From: the human T2T-CHM13v2.0 reference genome, Homo sapiens
DNA: 64,000 bases
NCBI RefSeq assembly: GCF_009914755.1
Contig: NC_060931.1
Reading direction: 5' to 3' (one strand)
Shown piece after piece: positions 12,301-25,429 of the stretch. The notes under the pieces were generated by a model. That model was given only the letters and a program-made list of their open reading frames with translations. It was not told the DNA's origin and made no database searches. Positions within the stretch are counted from its first letter, which is position 1; every line of letters begins with the position of its first letter. A program made the position numbers and the translations under genes.

Positions 12301-13489
12301 ATCATTATTATATTTATTTTCATGAGAACTCTGATCAGATTGAAATTTTCAGTACCACGTGCACATTAATTTTGCACAGAGAAAAGCCTTATTTTCTCAA
12401 CTAATTCTAATTCTTTCTAAATCAGACACAACCACACTATGGTATAATCATGGATCAAATGAAAAAAAGCAAAAGTAAATTTGATTAATGTGCTTTTGCT
12501 TAATTACATAAGAATAGCATATTTTTCATTACTGGTGTAAAAAGTTAACAGTTAATAGAGCATTAAAATTCTCCAACGTGGTAAGAAACCACTATGCATC
12601 AGTGGCTCATCCACTTCCCCAAGTAAAATCCTTAAGAAAAAATGAGGACTATAAATTAATTGCATCATTTAGATTTTTTTTCTATTCTTTGAAATAATTC
12701 ATAAATATTTCATATTCAATTATACATTTCAAGTGACTTATCCTGATGACTTTCAGTCAGGCATATTTAAATAACTTAATGATTAAATTAGTTTCTACAA
12801 CCTCAACTACTTTATTTATTTATACTCTGACTCTTTGGGGCAACATTAAGGAAGCTCTAACCAGAAACATGTAAATCAAGAGATTAATAAAATGGCAATT
12901 GACATAAAAATAAAAGGCTCAGAAAAGAAAGAAGAAGCATAAACATTTCAAATAATTTAATGCATTTATGAAAAATTATTATATGGGGTATAGTTTCATG
13001 GCAGCCAATACAAAACTAAAATAAAGTAATACAAAACAAAATGAGTTACTACCTTTCATTATTAGAGGCCTTAAACACCTTAATTTGTCAAGTTTTATTC
13101 TTTTTAAAACCAATCATAAAACAAGTTTCTTTGGCAATATAATTAATTCCTGTGACTGTTTCTTACATCTTTAAACAGAATCATGGCATATGCCCCATCA
13201 AAGTGCACGTGAGTCTGTAACACTGAATCCTAGTGTGGTGTGTGAGAATATCTCCTCATCACTGGATCATTTTCATTAGCAATACACATGCCCTACACTT
13301 CACCTCTTACAAAAACAATACAAAACAAATATGCAAACATAAACCCCCGACAATAAGAAGTGCTACTGCGGGCCCTCGTCCCTACCTGGGTGCTGTCTCA
13401 ATCCTCTGCTCAGTCCTGCGTGTTGCCTCCAGGCACTGCTTCCACCTCTGACTTCTTCTTCATGCCAATCTAGCTTCTTCTCAGGCCAC

Positions 13490-14540
13490 TACCCTGACAT
13501 TGTCCTGAAAGTCATTTGTCCTGCTCTCTGACAAGCTGTATGGATCATCTTCCTCCCTTCTCAACCTCTGGACTGTGTTCAACATGGCTGCTAATTCTGT
13601 TGTTACTGAAAGCCTCTCCCCTCTTGGATTCTTTTTTGTCTAGTTTTATTGTTATTATTATTACCTCTCAGCCTTTCTGTCCCTGCCTCCCTTGCTTTGC
13701 TTGTTGGTCCCTTCTCCACTTGTCCCCTCAATGCACTTTTCATCGCTTCCTGGGATCGCCTGTTTTCAAATGACTTTTCTATCCTAACAACTCCCACATG
13801 GACACAGAAAGTCTAGGTATCTTTGTGGTGCTTCATGATCATATATGCAACCTAAGTATCTCAACAATCAGATTTCCAAACCAAAACAGTCTCAAACCCA
13901 TTTTATGTACATCAATAATAAATCCAACAAAAACCAGCAGCTCAATCTGGAAACCGATGGGTCAAGCTTTACTACTCCACCTCCCTGCCTGCTCTAGACA
14001 GCCCATATCCAACTTCATGAGACTTGCCTCCAAAACACATCTTGAGTCTGTGTTTGTCTGACATTTTCTCATAATTAGACTGGGGTTATGGGTGTGGTGG
14101 AAGAATACCACAGAATGAAGTGTGCTTATTTCACATGATGTCCTGGAAGCCTGGTGATATCTGCTATCTTTCTCCACTGCAAAGTTAATACATTTTTTTC
14201 TCTATTTCATATTATAAAAATATGTTTCTAAATCCAGTCCACACTTAAAGGGAGAGAAATTGCACTTTGTGTCATAGAAGGAGGAGTATCTACACATTTT
14301 ATTTGGAATTTTCTATGGGAAGATTAAAACACCCTTTCTTATTCACTTTAGGCTTACATTTTTAAAGTCCCCTCTTTACCTGTTCATTCCCCTGTTTATG
14401 TTCTATCTCCCCTAATAGTCTTCATGTTCCATGAGAGCAGAGATCGCCTTGTTTGCTTGTCACAGAAACAAAGGCCTTTACCCAGTGCTTGGTTTGTAGG
14501 TAGCACTCAGTCAATATTATTTAAAAATGAATCATGAGTG
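13490..14540 (+). mobile_element. L2 LINE fragments, interrupted at ~14050-14330 by an old antisense L1M 3'UTR piece
   Basis: Pyrimidine-rich L2-like tract; L2 3' end ttccatgagagcagaga...ccagtgcttggtttgtaggtagcactcagtcaatatt...gaatcatga. Confidence 0.55.
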
Positions 14541-16037
14541 GTTGATAGCAATACTAGAAATACATAAATATATTTACAATATATTTGGTTTCTACAACAA
14601 ATAGTTTGCCATATATTATTTTATTTAAAAAGTTTCTGTTGCCAGTGATAATAGCACTGAATGCTATTGAGGAATCCTTTTTATTATTGTTTTGCATGCA
14701 TTTGATTATGTTGGTTAATTGACCAGGGTGACATTCTTCATATCCCTCCTTTAAATGTGCTGAGCCATGTAGAGAGCAGGTCAAGTAGCAGATTTTTGTG
14801 CACCCTTGAGACATAGCAGCAAAGTCTTTATTTAATTGCGCTAACTGGATATTCTATAATAGGAATGCATTTCTGATTTCTCCAAAAATAGCTATAAAAG
14901 CATTGCTTGTATGAAGAACTTCCAGGTCAACTTTGAGTCTGGGTAACTCTTGTGAAATTGTATTGTGGATATTCTAATGTTTGTCAGGAGAAAGAAGTGA
15001 TGCCTGGAAATGCCTTTTTAAAAATGGATTTAAAATGTGCAAGTTGGGGAGAGAAGCCCTGTGTAAACACCTAGGTCTTTTATAGAAGCCAAAAAACTAT
15101 TATATAAAACGGGTGCTGAAATCACTATTGAGTGCTTCCTCCGCTATGACAATCCAGAAGACTACATAGTGAAACTCTTGTGTAGTCTTAATTTCCCCTT
15201 GTTACTATTCAGAATAAAATCTACATTTAGTTATACATTAACATTTTTAATACACTGATAATTTAACTATAAAATTCATAATGTTTTCATACAAAAATCT
15301 TATAGCTTCTAGAATGTTTCCCCATGTCTGATTTCTGTCGATTTTGAACTATTTACTTTCTCTTTGTAGAAATCTTGACCTCTTAGGACTCTTAACTCAT
15401 AGGTAAGGAGGAAGGAAGGGAGTGAGACCTCTAGAAATGGGAAGACTGTTCTCTCCTTCTTCCTACTCTTACACTGCCAGTCTCCTTGACCAGGGCATGG
15501 AGCTTCCTGAGCTCTTTCCTTACTTCAGGGATGTGCTGAGAATTCCTGCAGAGAATAATGCAGGTGTTCTGATGGAGCTGCATTTATTACCACAGCTTTC
15601 TAGCTCTTAATGGGCTCAGCAAGGTTCAGGTCATTTAAAGCTATTTCATGTGCCATTGCTCCCACGCTTGATGTCATCTTCATTTTGTTGTGACAGTGCA
15701 ATAGTGACCAGAGGCCTTGTTAGAATCTAAGAATGGTTCTCATAAGGAAAATCAAAAGGTTTAATAATAAAAAACCCTCCTGTGTCACAGGAGAGTATAT
15801 TCTGCCCAATCCTACTGCCTTTGTTGTAAACTTTCTGGCAGAATTAACTCTAGGTAAATTACCATGATGGTAAATGGAGAAAATCCTGTGTGACACACCT
15901 GGATTTCTTCTGACACACTGGGAATTAAGGGCTGGCTCTATACTTACTAGGCATTTGTCCTCAGGCTGCGTCAAAACCCACACAACCTAAGCAATGAGGC
16001 ATGTTCAATCTCTAGCAGAGCTGGGGAAGAAAAAAAA

Positions 16038-17030
16038 ATTCATTCAGCCAATCAGACAATTCAATTTATTGAATTCCAAGCCTGTAACCATTAGTGTTCA
16101 AACAGGCTGAGGCAGAGCAGTGAACACAATAAACTGCAGTACCCACCCTTGAGCTGTTTCCATTCTGTGGAGGAAATAGTCCATGAAAACAAAAAACGGG
16201 AATAGTGCTGAGTACTAAGATGTGAAATAAAGCAGGGAATGGAGGCAGAAATGTGGCACGTGGAGGTGGGGCATTGCCGCTTTAGAGAAGATAGTCAGGA
16301 GCTTTTCGACGGTAAGGTGACGTTAAGAAAGACCTGAGAAAGTGGGCTATGCAGAGATGGGAGCCAGGGAGGGGGTGTCTGGGCAGCAGGAAGAGCATGT
16401 AGGAAGGGCTGGTATGAGAGTGAAACTGATCTGCTCCAGGGTGCCGAGAGGCCTGCGTGGCTAAAGTGAAATTGGCCGATGGGTCTGCAGCAGAAGTTGA
16501 GGTTGATGACTTCACGTGGGAACCAGACATGAGGGGTCACATGGGCATTTAAATATGTGCATTTTGGTGTTTATTCTCCATAAAATAGGATGTAACTGAA
16601 GAATTTTAAAAGAGGTTGACTTGATTTGATACGTTTCAATGTAGTCACTCTGGCTGCTTGTTGATAGTAAAATCCAAGAGGCAAGGGAGCGGCAGGGAAA
16701 CCAGATAAGAAACTAGTATCCAAAGCACAGGTGGTAACAGGGGAGGCACCTAGCAGGGGTGAGAATCTAAACATCTCTGGAAGTTACAGTCAGTGGGGTC
16801 TGCTACTTTACATGTGCTAAGGTGTGCATAAGAAGGAATAGATTCAAGGATGGCTGAGTTTGAGGGCCCAGCCCACTTCAAGAATGGATTTCTATTTTCT
16901 CTGCAGAGGGGGATGCATGAGGGAAAGATATTGCAGACACCAGGGGGTGAGCAGCACCAGCAGCTCAGCTTTGGATGTGCTAAGTTTGCAATGCTGTTGC
17001 CCATCCAACTGGTAATGGGGAGGCTGGCAA
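16038..17030 (-). mobile_element. L2 LINE 3' portion
   Basis: Starts ttcattca...tttattgaa (antisense L2 tail), followed by purine-rich antisense L2 body (gtcactctggctgct, agctttggatgtgctaagtttg). Confidence 0.8.
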
Positions 17031-17389
17031 AATTTGTTTAGAATCAGAGGTAGAATAAGGCATCTGTGATAGGGTCAGCGAGCAGAAGACATCACAATAT
17101 TTAAGAGAAGGTTGCAAGATTTGGCTTAATTCAGACTATTGTTCATTCCATTTTGTAATTAGTTTTAATCTTGTATGTCCTTTCCCTGTTCTTTGATATA
17201 TTAAATATGTTTCTTTTATAAAAACATTTCTTTTTGTTATTCTAGAAATCTATGACTTTTATTAGTTTCCATATATAACTTATTTTCTAATGAAAACATT
17301 TAAAACTATATATTTCCCTTAAAGAACTTCTTTGATATTCTGCATTTTTATTATCTTTCAGTTGAAAAAATTGTGTGTGTGTGTGTCTG

Positions 17390-17676
17390 TGTGTCTCACT
17401 CTGTTGCCCAGGTTGGAGTACAGTGGGATGATCATAGCTTACTGCAGCCTCAAACTCCTGAGCACAAGTGATCCTCCCACCTCAGACTCTCAGGTAGCTG
17501 GGACTACCAACGTGTGTCACCACACCTAGCTAATTTTTACTTTTTTTTTTTTTTTTTTTTTTTTAGAGATGGGGTCTCGCCATGCTGCCCAGGCAGGTCT
17601 TGAACTCCTCACGTCAAGTGATTCTCTGCCTCAGTCTCCCAAGCACTGGGATTACAGGATTTAGCCACTGCACCTT
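17390..17676 (-). mobile_element. AluJ with (TG)n at the tail side and an expanded poly-T linker
   Basis: Dimeric Alu antisense; AluJ-type atcatagcttactgcagcctcaaactcctg. Confidence 0.92.
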
Positions 17677-17974
17677 TCCAAACATATTTTTTATTTCCCT
17701 TGCAAATTTTTTTGACTTATAGGTGATTTAATAATCTCTTTCATGAAGACTTCTGTCTCTGCTCAGGACATAGAAAGCTAGAAGTAAAGTTCTCTCACCC
17801 CAATAATGGGGAAAATCTGTATAAGAAACAAAATCATACTGTGTGAGCCCATTTGAGAACAGAAATGCTGAGATTGCATGGCATCCTGGAAAACTGACTA
17901 CTAAAGAAATACTAGACTCCCCAAGAAGTGGTTAAAAGGTGTGCATTACCTTCAGGGATAGAATAATAAAATGA

Positions 17975-19090
17975 CAGCTTATTTATTAACAACAAAAAAT
18001 ACAGAAGCAAGAAAATAGTGGAATGACATGTTTCATATTCTGAAAGAAAAATAACTGCCAATCTAGAATTCTAGAGCCAGGAAAACATTCTTCCAAATTG
18101 AATATGTAATAAAAATAATAGTAGACAAAGAAAAAGAGAATTTATTGCCAGCGAGCCCATCTTTTTTTTTTTTTTTTTTTTTTTTTGAGTCTGTCTCCCA
18201 GGCTGGAGCGTAGTGGCACAATGTCAGCTCATTGCAACCTCCACTTCCCAGGATGAAGCGATTCTCCTGCCTCAGCCTCCCGAGTCACCACACCCAGCTA
18301 ATTTTTGAATTTTTAGTAGAGACGAGGTTTCACCATATTGATCAAGCTGATCTCAAACTCCTGACCTCAGGTGATCCGCCAGCCTCGGCCTCCCAAAGTG
18401 TTGGGATTACAGGTGAGCCACTGCACCCGACAACAAGCCCATCTTAAGAAGAATACAGGAGAGAGTTCTGTAAGAAGTAAAATGGCAATAGAGAGTTGAT
18501 GTACAGTTATACCTGAAAGAAAAGAAAGCACCAAAATTTGCAAAAAAAGTAGGCACATTGTGAAGGTTTCATTGTATGTAGCATTAGAAATGCAGGCAAC
18601 AATATTGCAAAAAATGGGAAAGGAGTAACCTACTGGTTTCAAATCTTTTAAGAGTCGAGCTTTATTGGAAAAGTGAAAAAAGCAAAAATTTATTACAGTA
18701 TAATATGCCAATGATGCAATTTGTGGTCTTCAGGCAACAATAAAATAACAGAGAAATAATATACAAATAAGTTAATAGATTAAAAAAAATATTTTATCAT
18801 TTCAAAATAAGCAAAAACAGTTAAAAAAGTATCATAACATAATTCATTCAAACAGAAAACACAAAGTAACATGATGAATGCAAGGCCAATGATAGCAGAT
18901 CTTATATTAAGTGTGAGTAGAATAAATATTCCAATTAAAAGATTAATAATGTCAAACTGCATTAAAAAACCAACGATATGCTGCCTATTACAGAAATAGC
19001 TTTTAGACATGGAGATTTTGAAAATAAAACATTGAGGAAAATATATTACAAAAGTACTAACCAAAAGAAAGCTGTGGTAGCCATATCCGT
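17975..19090 (+). mobile_element. Old L1M fragment (ORF1 end to ORF2 endonuclease start) hosting an Alu
   Basis: aaaatagtggaatgacat...ctagaattctagagccag (ORF1 C-terminus); atatgctgcct...aaccaaaagaaagctg (endonuclease). Confidence 0.7.
18162..18430 (-). mobile_element. AluS with a small internal deletion
   Basis: Poly-T plus Alu body; TSD cagcgagcccatc / caacaagcccatc on the two sides. Confidence 0.92.
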
Positions 19091-19953
19091 ATTATATTAC
19101 TAGCTATAGTAATAGTATTGACTTCATGGAGATGTTGTAAGGATTAATTTGATTTTGCCAGATTTTGCCAGATACTATCTGGCAATCAGTAAAGTCTCAG
19201 TGAGTCTTATTTATTGTTAATAAACACACTATCATCCTTCCCATTGCCTAGAATAAATATACATTTAATTATGTCATTTAAAAACCTACAGGCAGCAACT
19301 TATTGTATTTAAAATGTAATATTTACATAGTAGAAATAAGAAGAAGTGAGAAGAAAACATGTAATATGGCTAAATATGTCAACTCCTCCAAAATGCAGGA
19401 AAATGCATTATGATAACAGATTTTAAATCAAAACATCAACAAAAACTGTGACTTAGTTAAGCTCCTCTAGTCCAAGACAAAGACTCTCAAGTATGATTTT
19501 AAGAAATACAGTTAAGTTGGATGGCCAAAGACCCTGCATAAATAAGAAGCATTTTCTGATGATTACCCTGGGAGCTTTCTCTGCATTTCCAGACAGTGAG
19601 CTGATTGGGCCTGAGAGCTTCCTTAAGGCCTTCCAAGGCCAGGTGACCAGCTTTCCCGGCATTCCTCTAAACTGTTTGCCCATGAGTTTACATTGTCTGG
19701 TGTCAAGGCAGGCTTAGAAAGCCCCTCCTTATGTACTCTGCAAGAAGCACGTTCCCACCAAAGAAGGCCAGCCCAGGCTACACTCTCAAAGGGCAAGCCT
19801 TTCTACAGGGCACCTGTATTGAATTCTAACCCGTAACAAAAGACTTTTGCTGGCTTTCACTGAAAAACCTTTTCATTACACATACCATATACAAATCATA
19901 CACATAAGATGAAAATAAAATAAACAGTAAAAATCCTAAATAAAGACAAAAGC

Positions 19954-20334
<381 letters not shown>

Positions 20335-20512
20335 TCATCAGAAAAAAATGTTAATTTGATATTAATAAAATATGCACTCAAGATCAAAACCGAAACAATT
20401 AAACTTTAACACATTGAGATTATTTTTCTTTTGTTCTAGCTTTATTGAGGTATAATTGGCAAATAAATTTTATATATTCAAAATGTACAACATAATGTTT
20501 AGGCATACATTA

Positions 20513-23151
20513 TTGTCATCCCCTTGTATCCATAGTTGATTGGTTCCAGGATACCCCAGTGATATCAAAATCTACAGATGCTCACTTCCCTTGTATAAAA
20601 TGAGGTGGTATTTGCATATAACCTATGCACATCTGTATGACTCCATTTTCACACTGCTGATAAAGACATATCCAAGACTGGGGAGAAAAAGAAGTTTAAT
20701 GGATTTACAGTTCTGCACGGCTGGGGAGGCCTCACAATCACGGCAAAAGACAAGGAGGAGCAAGTCACAGCTTACATGGATGGTGGCAGGCAAAGAGAAA
20801 GAGCTTGTGCAAGGAAACTCCCATTTTTAAAACTATCAGATCTCATGAAACTTTTTCACTATCACAACAGCACAGGAAAGACCCACCCCCATGATTCAAT
20901 TACCTCCCACTGGGTTCCTCCCACAACATGTTGGAATTGTGGGAGTTACAATTCAAGATGAGATTTGAGTGGGGACACAGCCAAACCATATCATTCTGCT
21001 CCTGGCCTTCCCAAATCTCATGTTCTCACATTTCAAAACCAATCATGCCTTCCCAATAGTCCCCCAAAGTCTTAATTCATTTCAGCATTAACTCAAGAGT
21101 TCACAGTCCAAAGTCTCATCTGAGAAAAGGCAAGTCCCTTCTACCTAAGAGCCAATAAAATTAAAAGCAAGTTAGTTACTTCCTAGATAAAATGGGAGTA
21201 CAGGCATTGGATAAATATACTCATTCCAAATGGGAGAAATTGACTAAAATGAAGTGGCTAAAGGTCCCATGCAAGTCCAAAATCCAGCAGGGCACTTAAA
21301 TCTTGGAGCTCCAGAATGATCTCCTGTGACTCATTGTCTCACATCCAGGTCATGCTGATGCAAAAGGTGGGTTCCCATGGTCTTGGGCAGCTCCGCCCCT
21401 GTGACTTTGCAGAGTATAGCCCTCCTCCTGGCTGCTTTCAGAGGCTGACATTGAGTGTCTGTGGCTTTTCCAGGTGCATGGTGCAAGCTGTCAGTGGATC
21501 TACCATTCTTGGGTCTGGAGGACGGTGGCCCTCTTCTCACAGCTCCACTAGGCAGTGCCCGAGTAGAGACTCTGTATGGGGGCCCTGACCCCAAATTTCC
21601 CTTCTGCACTGCCCTAGCAGAGGTTCTACATGTGGCCCCACTCTTGCAGCAAACTTCTGCCTAGGCATCCAGGCATTTTCATGTATCCTCTGAAATCTAG
21701 GCAGAGGTTCCCAAACCTCAATTCTTGACTTTTGTGCAGCCACAGGCTCAACACCACATGAAAGCTGCCAAGGCTTGGGGCTTGCACCCTCTGAAGTATC
21801 AACTTGAGCTGTACCTTGGCCCCATTTAGCCATGGCTGGAGTGGCCGTGACACAGGGCACCAAGTCCCTATGCTGCATAGAGCAAGGGGGCCCTGGGCCT
21901 GGCCCATGAAACCATTTTTTCCTTCTACGACTCTGTGCCTGTGGTGGGAGGGGCTACCTTGAAGACCTCTGACGTGCCTTGAAGATATTTTCCCCATTGT
22001 CTTGGGGATTAACATTCAGCTCCTTGTTACTTATGCAAATTTCTGCAGCCAGCTTGAATTTCTCCAGAAAAAAATGGATTTTCTTTTCTATCGCATTGTC
22101 AGGCTGCAAATTTTTTCAACTTTTACGGTCTACTTCCCTTGTAAAACTTAACGCTGTTAACAGCACCAAAGTCACCTCTTGAACACTTTGCTGCTTAGAA
22201 ATTTCTTCTGCCAGATACCCTAAATCATCTCTCTCAAGTTCAAAGCACCACAAATCTTTATGGTAGGGGTAAAATGCTGCCAGTCTGTTTGCTAAAACAT
22301 AACGAGAGTCACTTTGCTCCAGTTTCCAATGATTTCCTCATCTCTATCTGAGACCACCTCAGCCTGAATTCTATTGTCCATATCATTATTGGCATTTTGG
22401 TCAAAGCCATTCAACAAGTCTCTAGGAAGTTCCAAACTTCCTCACATTTTCCTGTCTTCTGAGGCCTTCACATTATTCCAGCCTCTGCCTGTTACCCAGT
22501 TCCAAAGTCGCTTCCACATTTTCAGGTGTCTTTTCAGCATCATCCCACTCTACTGGTACCAATTTACTGTATTAGTCCACTTTCACTCTGCTGATAAAGA
22601 CATAGCTGAGGCTGGGAAGAAAAATAGGTTTAATGGACTTACAATTCCATATGTCTGGGAGGCCTCACAATCATGGCAAAAGGCAAGGAGGGACAACTCA
22701 CGTTTTACATGGATGGCAACAGGCAAAGAGAGAGTTTGTGCAGGGAAACTCTCATTTTTAAAACCACCAGATTGCATGAGACTTATTCACCATCATGAGA
22801 ACAGCACTGGAAATACCTGTCCCCATGATTCAATTACCTTCCACTGGGTTCCTCCCACGACAGACACTTGGGAATTGTGGGAGTTACAATTCAAGATGAG
22901 ATTTGGGTGGAAACACAGCCAAACCATATCAGTGTCCTTTGGTATACTTTAAAACATCTCTAGATTACATAAAATACCTAAAACAATGTAAATGCTATGT
23001 AAATAGTTGTTATACTACGTATTGTTTGGGGAATAATGACAAGAAAAAACATCTGTACATGTTCAGTAGAGACACCACTGTTTTCATTATTTTTGATTTG
23101 CAGTTAGTGGAATCCATGGATGCAGAATCCATGGATTCAGAGGGCCAACTA
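20513..23151 (+). mobile_element. MER2 (TcMar-Tigger family MITE) split by THE1: halves at 20513-20633 and 22932-23151
   Basis: gtcatccccttgtatcc...gattggttccagga...gcatataacctatgcacatc | ...gtatactttaaaacatctctagattac...gagggccaact; TA immediately upstream. Confidence 0.88.
20634..22931 (-). mobile_element. Full-length THE1 (THE1B-like) MaLR: 3' LTR 20634-20993, internal 20994-22567, 5' LTR 22568-22931
   Basis: Two ~360-bp direct repeats (tgtat..tcca...ccaaaccatatca); THE1-int between them; PBS-like TGGTACCAGTAGAGTGGG on the minus strand at 22544-22561 beside the 5' LTR. Confidence 0.96.
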
Positions 23152-24726
23152 TTCATTGTGAAATGATTCCCACAACTAAGCTAATTAGCATATCTATGTA
23201 CTTAAGATCTACTGTTCATGAATTTAATGTATATAATACATTACTATTAACTATAGTCACCATGCTATGCATTAGGTCCCAGAACTTATTTAGCATATTT
23301 TATGCTCTGTGGCCAACATCTTCCCATTTCTCTCACTTCTCAACCCTTGGTAACCACCCTGCTACTGTTTCTAGGAGTTCAATGTTTTTACATTCTACAT
23401 ACAAATGAGATTATACAATATTTGTTTCTCCATGTCTGTCTCATTTCATTTAGCATAATGTCTTCTGTGTTCATATGTGTTGTCACAAATGTCAGTATTC
23501 CTTTCTTTCATGAGGCTAGATAGTATTCCACTGTGTTTCTACTCAACAATTTCTTTAATCATTCACTCATTGATAAACACTAAGATTATTTCCATATTTT
23601 AGCTATTATGACTAATACTGTAATGAACATGAGAGTGCAGATATCGCTACAATCCTGTTTCTAATTTCTTTAAATATATATATACCATGATACAAGATTG
23701 TTAGATCATAAAGTAGTTCTATTATTTTAATTTTTTAAAATATTTTGAGGAACCTCCATACTTTTTTCCATAATGGCTATACTAATTTTCATTCCCACCA
23801 GCAACGTGTAAGACTTCCTGTTTCTCCATATTCTTTACAACACTAGTTATCACTTAACTTTTTGATAATAGCCATCCTAAAAAATTTGAGTTAGTATACC
23901 ATTGTAAGTTTGATTTGCATTTCCCCAGGGATTGTGATATTGAGTTCTTTTTATATACCTGCTGGCCATTTGTATGTTTCCTAGGAAAAATGTATATTAA
24001 GGTCCTTTGCCTATTTTTTTAAATATCAGGTTACTTTTATTTGCAATTGAATTATATTAGTACCTTAAATATTTTTCATATTTATTCATTATTATAGATA
24101 TGGTTTGCAAATATTTTCTTCTGGCAAATGGGTTGCCTTTGAATTTTGTCATTTGTTTCTCTTGCTGTGTAGAAGCTTTTTAGTTTAATGTAGCCCCACT
24201 TGTCTATTTTAGCTTTTATTGCCTGTGCATTTGGTGTCATTTCCAAAAATTATTGCCAAGACCAATGCCATGGAGAATTTCCCCTATATTCCTTCTAGGA
24301 GTGTTAGCTTTTCAGATCTTATGTTTAAATATCTAACCCATTTTGAATTGAGTTTTGTGTATAGTGTCATGTATGGATCCTATTTCTTTTCTGGTATGTA
24401 GATATTGTTTTCCTAACAGCATTTATTGAAGATATAATCCTTTTGCCATCATTTATTCCTGGCACCTTTGTAACAGGTTAATTGACCATATCTGTATGGG
24501 TTTATTTCTTAGGTTTCTGGTCCTTTCCATTGGCTAGTATGCCTGTTTCATGCATGCCAGTACCACACTGTTTTGATTAATATAGCCTTATAATATAAAT
24601 CAAATTCAGGAAGTTTAACGCTTTCAACTTTGTTCTTGTCCGAGGTTGCTTTAGATATCTGGGGTCTTTTGTGGCTCTATACGAATTTTAGGATTTTTTT
24701 TTTCTATTTCTTTGATAAATGCCATT

Positions 24727-25420
24727 AGAGAGTGATGTCAGCAAGATGGCAGACTAGAGACACCTTGAGTTTGTCCTGCTCACTAGCAAGGATAAAGGCA
24801 ACAAACGAACAGCTCAGATTTAACTGGAGTGCCGAAGGGAGAGCACGGGAGTGCAGCAGGGGAGTGGAGAGCCGCCTGTGGTGATTGGAAATTCAGGGGG
24901 GCAGCATGGGGGCACCTGGCCTCTGCAGGCTTGTCTCTCTTCCCTGGATTGGATTTGCCTGGAATCAGGAGTGACTTCCCCTTGTGAGGAAAAGGTAACA
25001 GATGATCAACATCAGCCACAATTGCCACAGCAGACACCTACTGTCCTTACTCGAGGAGAATACCACAGTCCTCACAAGCCCTGAGCTCAGTTTGGAAAAC
25101 TGCTGAAAATTCATGCAGCTGCATTCCCCCAGGGTGAGGAGTACAAGGTGTGCATTCCCCTTCCCTCACCCAGCCCCCTTGAGCCAAGCTGCTTCAGCTC
25201 AATGCCGTCTGGAGACAAGAGCCAAAACAAGAGCCAACTTTGGAGTGTACTTCCGTCTGGGGTTCAGTAGCCACTGCACCAGTACTGGGGCTCCTTCTTC
25301 ATTATGCCAAACAACAGGAGTGGCTGAACCCCACAACCCCAGTGGCACAGAGCTTGGGCCCAGGATCAGCTGTGACTGCGGACCTGCACAGCAAGGAAAC
25401 CAACTCCCACTACTGCACTT
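24727..25420 (+). mobile_element. L1M 5'UTR (sense), starting at the element 5' end
   Basis: gagtgatgtcagcaagatggcagactag, a YY1-type AAGATGGC L1 5' terminus, followed by GC-rich UTR. Confidence 0.7.
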
Positions 25421-25429
25421 CCAGATTGC

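Larger units (their letters stand above)
20422..24726 (-). mobile_element. L1MA-type (L1MA8/9-like) 3' portion, split by a MER2/THE1 insertion at 20513-23151
   Basis: ctttattgaggtataattg...gtacaacataatg (3' end) resumes at 23152 with cattgtgaaatgattcccacaac and runs through antisense ORF2 to ~24726. Confidence 0.85.
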
